A DNA stretch of 64,000 bases from a virus, in IMG/VR virus record IMGVR_UViG_3300043571_000425, one strand, 5' to 3'. The notes beneath the pieces were generated by a model that did no database searches, was not told where the DNA came from, and was given only the letters and a program-made list of their open reading frames with translations. This document shows, piece after piece, positions 18,317 to 27,611 of the stretch. Position 1 is the stretch's first letter; each line of letters starts with the position of its first letter. The translations under genes and the position numbers were made by a program.

Positions 18317-19780
18317 CTTCCGTTCTCGCGTCTCTTTCTTGAACGGATAGATTGAATGAATTAGATAACCCGCTGCGTCGCTTAAATGTGATAGCAGCGG
18401 GTTATCGCTTTTATTGATGCCCTCATCGCTCCATGTCACCTGTTCCAAATCCTTGATAAAGTTTTGGCAGTTAGCAAAGTGAATATAGCAACGGTTTTGG
18501 CGGAAAAGTTGATTAACTGAGTGAACCCGATTCACAACAAACGGGTTAGCGTCGGCAAACTTGCGAACCAAATAACCTTTACCTCCCAGTGCTGCTAGTG
18601 GCTCTAATCCCTGAAAAACGATATCCCACGATGACAACCGACTAGCCGCAGTTCGAGCGCGTCCGGTGGCATCTCCAAATATCTGGATTTCTGGGGGTAT
18701 GCCGTATTTCTCTACCCAGTCCACAATACTTTCTGTGAGTTCCCAAATGTCGGAGTCCATGATTGACCATTCCCGGCAAAAATGAACCTCATTGCCCCGT
18801 TGTTGAGCCGCTAGACAAACTATAGGCGTGTGGTTAAAGTCAAAGGTTAGGAGTAGTGGTAAATTTGGGTCATATTCCAAAAGTTCGGCATCTTCACCTT
18901 GCAAGGCATGAGTTTGACGGTCAAAGTATTTGTAAATTAATCCGATTGAAGTATTAACAAACTTACCTTCAATTTCTTGCTGGTAAAGTTCATCACTATA
19001 ATTACCTTTTAATGACTCTACATAGTCATCGCTTAAATGGATATTATCTATTGTGGAAATATTTGTCATTTGGTGATTTTGAATCAGCTTCTCACTTCTT
19101 TTTGGATCACCAAATTTTGCATATAAATAGTTATATCCTGCGGGGGATGTCGTCAATAATCCATGCCCTTTCTCTTTATTCTTTTCTCTACCTAACCGCC
19201 CATCAATTGTTAAAAAAGCCTGTTCCGGTGCGTAGGCAAACTCATCACCCCAAAACCAATCAATTTGCAACCCACGTCCGCTTTGCACTTTACCAGAAAA
19301 GTTATTTGCTGAAATTACATAAGCGAAAGCCTTTTCATGTCCAATATAGCAATGTTGCGCCCGTGCGATCGCTATGGCATTATCTTCTATGGTTTCACGC
19401 CAAGGCACAAGCGGGATATTGAAAGTACGACATACTTCAACAAATGTCACAAGGGTGGCTCTCGCCAATTGTCCATAATCATTTGCGCTGATCATGCCTC
19501 TGGATTTGGGGCTGGAGATTGCACGGTCACAAACCCACACACCGCCCATAAAGGTTTTCCCGCTTCCTATGCCACCCAGCAAAAGAGTCCATCTGTGTTC
19601 AGGCAATTCATTTGTATTCCACCGGACTAAATTAATAAACTCAGTTTGTCCGCCGGGGTTAGGAGAGAATGACTCATACAGCGTTATCGGGTTTATTGTT
19701 GGCGTTACCCTCGCTCTGGTATTTTGCTGTGTCTTAATCTTATTTTTAGGATTTAATCTGGCAGGGGATGGAAAAATCAT
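18281..19780 (-). CDS. terL: terminase large subunit
   Basis: 499 aa; Walker A LLGGIGSGKTF, Walker B-like DWFWGDEFA, and a C-terminal nuclease-like region. Confidence 0.85.
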   Translation of the reverse strand: MIFPSPARLNPKNKIKTQQNTRARVTPTINPITLYESFSPNPGGQTEFINLVRWNTNELPEHRWTLLLGGIGSGKTFMGGVWVCDRAISSPKSRGMISANDYGQLARATLVTFVEVCRTFNIPLVPWRETIEDNAIAIARAQHCYIGHEKAFAYVISANNFSGKVQSGRGLQIDWFWGDEFAYAPEQAFLTIDGRLGREKNKEKGHGLLTTSPAGYNYLYAKFGDPKRSEKLIQNHQMTNISTIDNIHLSDDYVESLKGNYSDELYQQEIEGKFVNTSIGLIYKYFDRQTHALQGEDAELLEYDPNLPLLLTFDFNHTPIVCLAAQQRGNEVHFCREWSIMDSDIWELTESIVDWVEKYGIPPEIQIFGDATGRARTAASRLSSWDIVFQGLEPLAALGGKGYLVRKFADANPFVVNRVHSVNQLFRQNRCYIHFANCQNFIKDLEQVTWSDEGINKSDNPLLSHLSDAAGYLIHSIYPFKKETRERKLGKKKIRGLAG

Positions 19781-19797
19781 AATAAATTATCTTAAAT

Positions 19798-20130
19798 ATG
19801 CCTAATTATAAAGCCCGTTATGGCAACCTGAAAAAGCACAAGAAGAAATGCAGAAAAGCACACCTTAGAACTCATGGACTTTGTACGGTGTGCTTGGTTA
19901 ATAAGTCGGAACAGGTGCATCATTCCAGTTATCGGAAGTCGGGGGACAGGTACGGCATTAACATTTTCCCCTCGTGTTTTCACTGTCATAAATATATCTG
20001 CCATAGTCCTAAAAATTGGATTGTTCACCCCACAGATCCGGAATGGAAGAATCACAACACCCCGGCATTTACTAAGATGCTACAGGCGAATTATAGGAAG
20101 ATTCAGAAGTTTTATAATCAAAAACCCTAG
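19798..20130 (+). CDS. HNH endonuclease
   Basis: CTVC...VHHSSY...CFHCHKYICH (CxxC..HH..CxxCH); adjacent to terL, as in HNH-assisted packaging. Confidence 0.6.
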   Translation: MPNYKARYGNLKKHKKKCRKAHLRTHGLCTVCLVNKSEQVHHSSYRKSGDRYGINIFPSCFHCHKYICHSPKNWIVHPTDPEWKNHNTPAFTKMLQANYRKIQKFYNQKP

Positions 20131-20271
20131 CCTGTTTTTGATATTGTAAGTAGCTGCCAATCACTTTCAAAATAACTGATTTTTGTCGGATATTTTGCTA
20201 TATAATATTAATATTCCCCTGCGGTACTGCTAATACCCAGGGATTGAGTCAACCTGATTGGAGATCGACTA

Positions 20272-21087
20272 ATGACTAATATATCAAATGATGCACAGAA
20301 TATCATCAAGTTTCATCAAGAACTTAAATCATCTTTTGAGGAAACAAATATAGAAGGCGTGAAAGCCAAGTTTTCAATGGCGATGACAGCCCAACACGCC
20401 TTTTTTGCTGAGTTAAGAGAAGATTTAATTCCTGTTCTGTCTAATATATGTGAAGACGAGTGCTTAATCATTGATCTATGGGTGAAAGATGCCCTGGTGT
20501 TTGATGGAGACTACCGTAAATCAAAATTATCTTCTGTTGTGGAGAAAGATAATGTTAATCAATGTCTTAGTAATGCGTTAATTAACATAAAGGGAATGTA
20601 TGCTAATTTGATTCCCGTACTGTTTATTTTTAGGGAGTCTTTTGGGCAGTCGGATTACCTATCTTTTGGTTTTGACTTAATTGAAAAGCCCTTCACATGG
20701 GGCAAGGAAGATAAAAAATCGCCGTCACCTAAAATAGTCAAGCCCAAAGAAAAAGACCTGGAAAAAGAATTATTAGATTGGCTTTTTTCTTATGGGATTC
20801 AAGCCGATAGCCAAGTTAAAACTTCAAAACATCGAACCGATATTTGGATACCGTCAAAATGTTTTCTTGAACTGAAGCGAGACAAGGTAACTGGCGATGA
20901 TGTTTGTCAGGCAATTGATTATTGTGTAGAGTACAAAATGCCTATCATAATAGTCGGAAACAATATCACAGAAATGGCTTGTCGTGGGATAACAGCATTT
21001 AATAAAGCCGTTGACGCTGACTTGATTTGTTTTGTTCAGTGGAGTGCTATCAAGGTATATCTCAAAGGAATGTTTGGGCTAAGATAG
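20272..21087 (+). CDS. hypothetical protein with PD-(D/E)xK-like C-terminal module
   Basis: 271 aa; HRTDIWIPSKCFLELKRDK...QAIDYCVEY resembles the C-terminus of the 61502-63424 protein. Confidence 0.4.
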   Translation: MTNISNDAQNIIKFHQELKSSFEETNIEGVKAKFSMAMTAQHAFFAELREDLIPVLSNICEDECLIIDLWVKDALVFDGDYRKSKLSSVVEKDNVNQCLSNALINIKGMYANLIPVLFIFRESFGQSDYLSFGFDLIEKPFTWGKEDKKSPSPKIVKPKEKDLEKELLDWLFSYGIQADSQVKTSKHRTDIWIPSKCFLELKRDKVTGDDVCQAIDYCVEYKMPIIIVGNNITEMACRGITAFNKAVDADLICFVQWSAIKVYLKGMFGLR

Positions 21088-21213
21088 ATAAAACAATCCC
21101 CTGTTGGACTCGGTGCTGATAACACCATCCGGTGAGGGGATTACATGATAATTGTAACACAATTTATAGGTATTTCAAACAGTTGTACTATGGTTTCGAT
21201 AAGCAACGTTAAA

Positions 21214-21284
21214 GCGAGTAGGTAGGATTTGAACCTCCGATCATGGGTTGGACACCCACAGCTTTACCACTCAGCTATACTCGC
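21214..21284 (-). tRNA. tRNA-like gene (anticodon loop UGUCCAA, possibly Gly-UCC), non-canonical
   Basis: Perfect 7-bp acceptor GCGAGTA/TACTCGC, D-loop AGTGGTA and T-loop TTCAAAT. Non-canonical features: G at position 33, one T-stem mismatch, and one extra nt before the acceptor 3' strand. Confidence 0.5.
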
Positions 21285-21287
21285 AAT

Positions 21288-22023
21288 CTAATTATATACT
21301 ATTTTCTCACCTTTATACATTGAGAAACCACGTTTTTTAATCTCATCAAACGGGATTATGGGAACTGTTAATTTTTCTCTATAAGTAGGATCTAAAAAAT
21401 AGATATATCTCATTTGGCAGCCGCTTAATAATTCTCCACCATGATCTTGTTGTAATTTCTTCAATGGTGTATTTGGGTTTCCATAGGTGTTTGTTACCCA
21501 ATGGCTAATTGCAGATGTTTTTGTTTGTACGGTAATTCTATGAACCGTATCCCCCCCCCCGCGAGAGGTGTCTTAACTTATCAGGCAATCGCCAAATCAT
21601 ATCAGACTTACTATTTATCCCAGTCAAAATAAATCCAGAAGCCCTATAAATAGTACCGTCTCCACACTGACAAGCATCAGAAAAGCTAAGAACCCATTTT
21701 AGATGCGGCGCGTGTTTTCTTAATAGTTTAAATGCAATTGATAACGCCCTGCTTTCACTATTTCTTGGCAGATTGTCACTAAATGCCATGCGGTTTAATT
21801 CAACAAAATCATTCCATTTTGTATCTTCAACTAACCCGATGACCTTGCTTTTGTCCAGTGGTGAACCGAACTGCATCGCACCTTCAAGACTACCATTGTA
21901 GAAAACACCAATATGTATCCGTGAGTTATTAACAACCTTCCCTGAGTAATGAAGTTTTTTAATAATAGCGTTAGCTTCCTGGCTGGTGATAGGTTTTAGA
22001 ATAATGTTTTTAGCTTTACCCAT
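21288..22023 (-). pseudogene. Mom-like / GNAT-fold DNA-modification protein interrupted at a G10 (C10 on +) homopolymer
   Basis: The track ORF 21538-22023 (HYSGK, LPRNSES motifs) stops just after the C10 run at 21551-21560. With 9 Gs the frame stays open for 89 more codons (..TVHRITVQ..GCQMRYIYFLDPTYREKL..) to a TAG at 21288-21290. Confidence 0.6.
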
Positions 22024-22663
22024 GACTCCCTACAAACATTTCACATATTCTCGCTAATGAATTGCCGTTTGAATTTTGATTCGGACTCTCATCAAATTCT
22101 CCCATCCCCTTCGCCACGCTAATAGCATCTTTCACGGTGGCAACCTGTTCCTCTGTTAACGTAAAATTCATACTTGATAACGTAGCGCGATCGCCAGACG
22201 GAATATCGCCAAGCGCGTCCCCCCATTCTGAATCATCGGGCTTTTCCTCATCCAAAAAACTCAACTCCAGTTCACTAAACCCAGTCAAGTCCAAATCAAA
22301 CCCTTCATCCTGCAAAAACTCAAAATCAATCTTTAACATTTCCGGGTCAAATCCGGTATTCATTGTCAACTTATTATGAGTCAACCGATAGGCGACTTTT
22401 TGGGCTTCAGTCAGTCCCGTTACCTGAATCACTGGAATAGTAGCATCGCCTCGCTTCTTAGCCGCTAAAAGCCGTCCGTGACCCTCTAGTAATTCCCCTT
22501 TCTCGTCAACTGCCACCGGATCTAAAAATGTAAATTCCTCAATGGAGTTTGCTATCTGGTCCACATGGGAATCAGGATGTAATTTGGCGTTGTGTTTATA
22601 CGCCATTAATCTGTCAATATCCCATTCCTCAATCTGACTACGCTTAATCGTCTGTTTGTTCAT
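22016..22663 (-). CDS. ParB-like nuclease domain protein
   Basis: 215 aa; KLHPDSHVDQIANSIEEFTFLDPVAVDEKGELLEGHGRLLAAKKRG, a ParB/Srx fold motif. Confidence 0.8.
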   Translation of the reverse strand: MNKQTIKRSQIEEWDIDRLMAYKHNAKLHPDSHVDQIANSIEEFTFLDPVAVDEKGELLEGHGRLLAAKKRGDATIPVIQVTGLTEAQKVAYRLTHNKLTMNTGFDPEMLKIDFEFLQDEGFDLDLTGFSELELSFLDEEKPDDSEWGDALGDIPSGDRATLSSMNFTLTEEQVATVKDAISVAKGMGEFDESPNQNSNGNSLARICEMFVGSHG

Positions 22664-23228
22664 TTGGTTTCTCGCTTGGATCTATTATTTCGTAACCTTC
22701 CCTAGATAGCTTGTCAGCAGCCGCATTAATGTCAATGAAGTATTTAATACCCCTCACCTCATTAATGGCATCTGTTGACCGTTTTAACGCCTGTGACCAT
22801 TGATTAACTTCCGCCGCGTTATGTTGAGCGATCGCCTTCTTCTTTTCCTCACCAACTAACTTTAAATCTTCAGCTAATTGTCGAGCTTTAACTTCAATAA
22901 TTTTAGCAACATAATCCCTCGCTAATTTGTGAACTTTGTAGTTTTCAATAACTATATCTGAGAGTTCATCTGATATTTTCTCAGATGTTTTTTCAATAGT
23001 CTTCTCCTGAATGGTCGTCTTGAGGGTGTCGCGGTACTGTCGCCTCTGATCTAGCCACAATTCTCGTTTTACCCAGCCCTCAACCGTCCCCTTTGACTGT
23101 CCAGATGCGTCCGCAAGTCCCCTAATTCCTATGTCATCATCAGCCTCAACATAGCGGCGGCGACATTGTTCTTTAGTCCAAGGGCGTGGTAATTTCTCCC
23201 ATCTCAATTTAGTAATTCCTATTAGCAA
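22644..23228 (-). CDS. possible terminase small subunit / HTH protein
   Basis: 194 aa; N-terminal HTH-like IRGLADASGQSKGTVEGWVKR followed by a coiled coil; assignment is weak. Confidence 0.35.
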   Translation of the reverse strand: MLIGITKLRWEKLPRPWTKEQCRRRYVEADDDIGIRGLADASGQSKGTVEGWVKRELWLDQRRQYRDTLKTTIQEKTIEKTSEKISDELSDIVIENYKVHKLARDYVAKIIEVKARQLAEDLKLVGEEKKKAIAQHNAAEVNQWSQALKRSTDAINEVRGIKYFIDINAAADKLSREGYEIIDPSEKPNEQTDD

Positions 23229-23287
23229 CTAACTCAATAATTGCACATTAATAAAAAATCGCCATCTTGTGACAGCGATCGCAATTA

Positions 23288-24424
23288 CTATTTTCCAGGT
23301 TTCGCCGTCGTAGATTTAACCGCCGTCGTCACAGAACAAGCCAATTGTGATTTTGACATCGCCACAGTCAACGCCTCTAACGCCGCTTCGCGTTCCACAG
23401 TAGCAGGGCATTTTTTAGCTATAAAATCTGCTAAATCAGCAAACTTTGCGGTCAGTTGCCATTGCTCAGTTAGTGCCATGTGCCGGGTAATCAATAGATT
23501 TATAGATTTATCAATAACATATTTTTTCCGCCATTTACAAGCGGTTGTGGAGTCTACGCCCAAAAATATCTCACACCACTGCAAAGATTTTCCAAGCTCA
23601 ATTGCTTCAATAACTTTTAGCTTTAATTCAATATCAAAACCGACAGGCGCGGTCGGCTTGGGATTGACCCTAAACCAATATTTACAATCTTTGCAAGAAT
23701 ACCTACCGCCACGCCTAACGGTGTTGTAACTCTGGCATTTAGGACATTTAACACGCCCGTCAGCAATGGCGCGTAACTTTTCCAATCCCTCTTTTTCAAT
23801 TTGGCGGATCTTCCTGGACCCCATGCCATGAAGTCTGGCAAGTTCCCCAATCGGTATTTTATTAATGTAAAGTCCGTTGATAATTGCGGCGTGTATTTCC
23901 GGCAACTGGTTTATCAATGGCGTGATTCTATCCAGTTCCTCCTGTTGTTCATCCGTCAAAGCCTCCGGTAATTCTGAATTATGCTGATTACACGCCGTTG
24001 CACATTCTTTAGCTAAGTCCAATGGAATATCAAGAGATAAAGCAGCTTGTTCATAGGTAACGCCGTGCTTTTGTGCATACCGTTTAATCTTTTGGTGAGT
24101 TTCTTGTAGTGTTCTAGGAACTTTGATCAGCCGCCCCTTGTCACGGATAAATTGCAAGATTGCACCATTAATAAATAGAACCGCAATACTTGATAATTTA
24201 CACTTCTTTTCAGGGTCAAATCTCTCAATTGCCCTAATTAATCCAGTTGCCCCAATTTGGACTAAATCATCATAGGGTAGGTCACAGCAGAAGGTCATTT
24301 TATGAGCAACTTTATGGACTAGTCCCATGTTGTTAATAACAATCTTGTTTCTAATTCTTATATCTTTAGTGGCGTGATAATTGATTAATAATTGAAGATT
24401 GTCTTCATAATTGGTATTTGACAT
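23288..24424 (-). CDS. sigma-70 family factor fused to a C-terminal zinc-ribbon + HTH module
   Basis: Region 2 PYDDLVQIGATGLIRAIERFDP; region 4 IGELARLHGMGSRKIRQIEKEGLEKLR; then CPKCQS..YSCKDCKYWF and an HTH (IS1 InsA-like). Confidence 0.85.
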   Translation of the reverse strand: MSNTNYEDNLQLLINYHATKDIRIRNKIVINNMGLVHKVAHKMTFCCDLPYDDLVQIGATGLIRAIERFDPEKKCKLSSIAVLFINGAILQFIRDKGRLIKVPRTLQETHQKIKRYAQKHGVTYEQAALSLDIPLDLAKECATACNQHNSELPEALTDEQQEELDRITPLINQLPEIHAAIINGLYINKIPIGELARLHGMGSRKIRQIEKEGLEKLRAIADGRVKCPKCQSYNTVRRGGRYSCKDCKYWFRVNPKPTAPVGFDIELKLKVIEAIELGKSLQWCEIFLGVDSTTACKWRKKYVIDKSINLLITRHMALTEQWQLTAKFADLADFIAKKCPATVEREAALEALTVAMSKSQLACSVTTAVKSTTAKPGK

Positions 24425-24477
24425 AAGTGATTGAAGTTGTGATAAAATTATCTGAATATCTATAATCTAATACAATC

Positions 24478-24651
24478 ATGGATGATTTAACGCAGAAACT
24501 TCAATCATTATTAGACGGATTTGGGAATAGAGGTAGTGGCAGAATTGAACGACGGAGCGACGGTTTTTATTATGTGAATAAAATCGTTGTCATGCACCTT
24601 GACCGCAACTATCACAACGCAGTTTCAATATTAAAGCAATTGTTTATTTAA
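24478..24651 (+). CDS. unannotated 57-aa ORF containing an RGSGR motif
   Basis: MDDLTQKLQSLLDGFGNRGSGRIERRSDGFYYVNKIVVMHLDRNYHNAVSILKQLFI; TATAAT at 24461-24466; below the track's length cutoff. Confidence 0.4.
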   Translation: MDDLTQKLQSLLDGFGNRGSGRIERRSDGFYYVNKIVVMHLDRNYHNAVSILKQLFI

Positions 24652-24660
24652 GAGTTAATC

Positions 24661-25272
24661 ATGATTTTAAACGATGCACAGATAACGGAATTGGCAGCTA
24701 GTGGGATGATCAACCCATTTCAGCCTCAATTAATTAGAGAGGTTAGTATCTGCGGTCATGAACTAATGGAGAATCAGATCAGGAAAGTGATTAGTTATGG
24801 GCTGTCGTCTTACGGTTACGATATCCGATTAAGCCCTAAAGAATTTAAAGTTTTTAAGCATATTCCGGGTACAATTGTTAACCCTAAGAACTTTAATTCT
24901 GGTAATTTAGAGTCAGTAGAATTACAGCGTGATCAATGGGGTGATTTTTTCATAATCCCCGCTCATTCTTACGGGCTGGGTGTGGCAATTGAAAGGTTAG
25001 AAATGCCGTCAGATTTAACAGCTATTTGTGTGGGAAAATCAACTTATGCGAGGGCTGGTTTAATAGCTAATTTAACACCTGTAGAAAGTTCGTGGCGAGG
25101 GAATTTAACTATCGAGATATCCAATTCATCAAGTGCAGATTGTCGAGTGTATGCGAATGAAGGTATTTGTCAACTGCTATTTTTCAAAGGTGAACCATGC
25201 GCTGTTTCTTATGAAGATAGGCATGGTAAATATCAAGATCAACCTGAGCAAATTGTACTAGCAAAAGTTTAA
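24661..25272 (+). CDS. dcd: dCTP deaminase
   Basis: 203 aa; SYGLSSYGYDIRL and a conserved C-terminal HGKYQDQ-type region. Confidence 0.9.
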   Translation: MILNDAQITELAASGMINPFQPQLIREVSICGHELMENQIRKVISYGLSSYGYDIRLSPKEFKVFKHIPGTIVNPKNFNSGNLESVELQRDQWGDFFIIPAHSYGLGVAIERLEMPSDLTAICVGKSTYARAGLIANLTPVESSWRGNLTIEISNSSSADCRVYANEGICQLLFFKGEPCAVSYEDRHGKYQDQPEQIVLAKV

Positions 25273-25273
25273 T

Positions 25274-25498
25274 ATGAATCACGATCATCCATCTCATTAC
25301 AACCAAGGCAATATAGAGTGTATTGACGCGATCGCCTCCGCACTTTCTCCCCAAGAATTAGACGGTTTTGTTCGCGGTAATGTAATGAAATATATATGGC
25401 GATCGCCTCACAAAAATAAAGTTGAGGACTTGAAAAAAGCCCTATGGTATTTGAGTTGGTATATATCTAGGTTGGAGAAAGATGATGCAACTAATTAA
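25274..25498 (+). CDS. DUF3310-family phage protein
   Basis: HYNQGNIECIDAI...GFVRGNVMKYIWRSPHKNKVEDLKKALWYL. Confidence 0.7.
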   Translation: MNHDHPSHYNQGNIECIDAIASALSPQELDGFVRGNVMKYIWRSPHKNKVEDLKKALWYLSWYISRLEKDDATN

Positions 25499-26219
25499 AG
25501 ATTCTCGATTTCAAGTAGTTATTGATAAAGATGCGAGTTCCCCAAACCCCCAAGTCGCTATATGGAAAGGTCAGCATAGATGTGTTGCCGAAAAGTTTTT
25601 ACCCGACGATAAGACACCTACCCCAGAAAGCTGTGGAGAAGCCGTCATCAAATATCAGTTAGCAGGTGACAGGGGGCATTATTCAGTTCTCAGAAAAGCC
25701 TTTGTTAGTTTCCACTGTTTAGGATTTCCCCATAGTGTCGTGAGTCAAATCACAAGACATCAAGATTCAGCTTTTCTTGTTCAGTCAATGCGATATACAG
25801 GACAAAGAATTGTTGATTGTGCTGAGGGTGATATTCCTATTGAGGATGTTTTCTATTTCCGTCCTGTGGGGAGTTATTTTGACAGGAAAGGGAAAAAATA
25901 TGAATACACGGAAGAGAGAAGAGAGAAGCAAAAAAGAAGCAGATTGTTAGCAGCAAAAGAATATGCTAATGAAATGAGTCTGGGATATTCTGAGGAGCAT
26001 TCCAGAGATGATTTACCTTATGGATTCCGCCAAGATTTTGACCTTAGTGGAGACTTGCAAGCTGTTTGGCATTTGCTTGACCAGCGCACCAAAGCCGATT
26101 CTCAAATAGAAGTCAGAACACTTGCATGGATGATATTAGATTGTTTGAAAGAATTTACTCCTGAGCTTACCCAATGGTATTTAGAAAATCGTGCGGGTAA
26201 AGCTAGACTTGCTCCTTGA
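25482..26219 (+). CDS. thyX: flavin-dependent thymidylate synthase ThyX
   Basis: ThyX signature-like TRHQDSAFLVQSMRY; about 245 aa. Confidence 0.85.
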   Translation: MMQLIKDSRFQVVIDKDASSPNPQVAIWKGQHRCVAEKFLPDDKTPTPESCGEAVIKYQLAGDRGHYSVLRKAFVSFHCLGFPHSVVSQITRHQDSAFLVQSMRYTGQRIVDCAEGDIPIEDVFYFRPVGSYFDRKGKKYEYTEERREKQKRSRLLAAKEYANEMSLGYSEEHSRDDLPYGFRQDFDLSGDLQAVWHLLDQRTKADSQIEVRTLAWMILDCLKEFTPELTQWYLENRAGKARLAP

Positions 26220-26424
26220 TGTTTAACGCGATCGCTTTTCCATCTTGTAGGGATTGGTGCGCGATCGCATTTCTATTATACCGAATTATGTTATTATTAG
26301 TAAATACCCAAAAACGCGACTATTCAAAGTAGCCACGTTTTTAATTATCGGGTATGCGAATTATTTGTGATGTAGCAATATTTAAACAATGTTATTATTT
26401 ATGGAATAACTATTAATAAATAAC

Positions 26425-27342
26425 ATGAAAAATCAAATTATTCACGGTGATTGTTTTGAGGTTTTAAAGAGTATTTCTGATAAATCAATTGATGCTGTAA
26501 TCACAGATCCGCCTTATAAGTATTTAAAGCATAAACTAGAAACTAACTGGGATGAGAAACTATTTTTCATTGAGGTTTTACGCATCCTCAAAAAAGATAG
26601 TTTCTTAGTATTTTTCGGCAGGGGTGAATCTTGGTTTAGGTGGAATTATCTTTGTCAGGAATTAGGCTTTAATTTTAAAGAAGAGATTATATGGGACAAG
26701 GTTAGAACTTCTAATCCTATGTGTACGATGCCACGTTCTCATGAAAATATTGCTATTTATACAAATGGTAAAGGTACATTAAACGAAGCTAGGATAGATA
26801 AGCTGGAATATGATTCAATCGCAAACCCAAAAGCTATGGTTAATGATTTCAAGAGAATGCTGGCAACTATTAAAAATATTAATTCATGGGATGATTTTAT
26901 ATTATTTAAAAGCGGTACTCTAGGTAGTTCTGATGTTATTAGGCGCAGTGAGGTTACGATACAAGGCGGAATGAAAAAATGTGATAGAGGTTCAGGAACT
27001 TTTAAATCTCACGACAAAGGGCGGAGAATACCCTCTATTTTCAGATGTTTGAACGATTACTATAATTACGTACACCCCACACAAAAGCCATTATTACTTA
27101 TACAGAAATTAATAGAATTGACCACTGTTTCAGGTGCTATGATCTTAGATCCCTTTTGTGGTAGTGGTACAACTGCCGTAGCCTGTAAAGAACTTGGTAG
27201 AAATTATATTTGCATTGAGAAAGAATTAGAATATTATCAAATAGCTTGTCAACGCATAAACCAACCTATTGAACCTGAAAAAGAGGTTGTTCCGGTGGTT
27301 GAGGAGTTGCCGAAAGTTGAGCAATTATCACTATTTGGTTAA
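26425..27342 (+). CDS. DNA methyltransferase (beta-class N6A/N4C)
   Basis: DPPY motif (VITDPPYKY) and C-terminal HPTQKP...LDPFCGSGTTAVA. Confidence 0.9.
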   Translation: MKNQIIHGDCFEVLKSISDKSIDAVITDPPYKYLKHKLETNWDEKLFFIEVLRILKKDSFLVFFGRGESWFRWNYLCQELGFNFKEEIIWDKVRTSNPMCTMPRSHENIAIYTNGKGTLNEARIDKLEYDSIANPKAMVNDFKRMLATIKNINSWDDFILFKSGTLGSSDVIRRSEVTIQGGMKKCDRGSGTFKSHDKGRRIPSIFRCLNDYYNYVHPTQKPLLLIQKLIELTTVSGAMILDPFCGSGTTAVACKELGRNYICIEKELEYYQIACQRINQPIEPEKEVVPVVEELPKVEQLSLFG

Positions 27343-27558
27343 TCCCTAAAACCCTTACCCTGCCTACGTTCCCAGCTTTCCCTACAGAATCTTATTCATG
27401 GTTGCCAAAAGTGAAGAATTTAATTAATTTTTTCTTCTGATTGATCTGTTTCCCCTAAAATCCTCTTTTTGATTAAACGCATTTAAGTTATATGGCATGA
27501 AGAAAAAGATTCTGTATGGAAAATCCAGAACCTAGTCACAGCAAGGGTTATTGAAATA

Positions 27559-27587
27559 TTGATAATCTTATTAAAATAGCCTATAAT
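27559..27587 (+). promoter_or_regulatory. near-consensus sigma-70 promoter of the type IV-B-like operon
   Basis: TTGATA (27559-27564), 17 nt spacer, TATAAT (27582-27587). Confidence 0.6.
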
Positions 27588-27611
27588 ACCCATAACGGAC
27601 AAAACGCCCCA

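Noticed and set aside
23241-23729. 162-aa plus-strand ORF
   Set aside because: It is entirely antisense to the well-supported sigma factor gene and has low-complexity composition.
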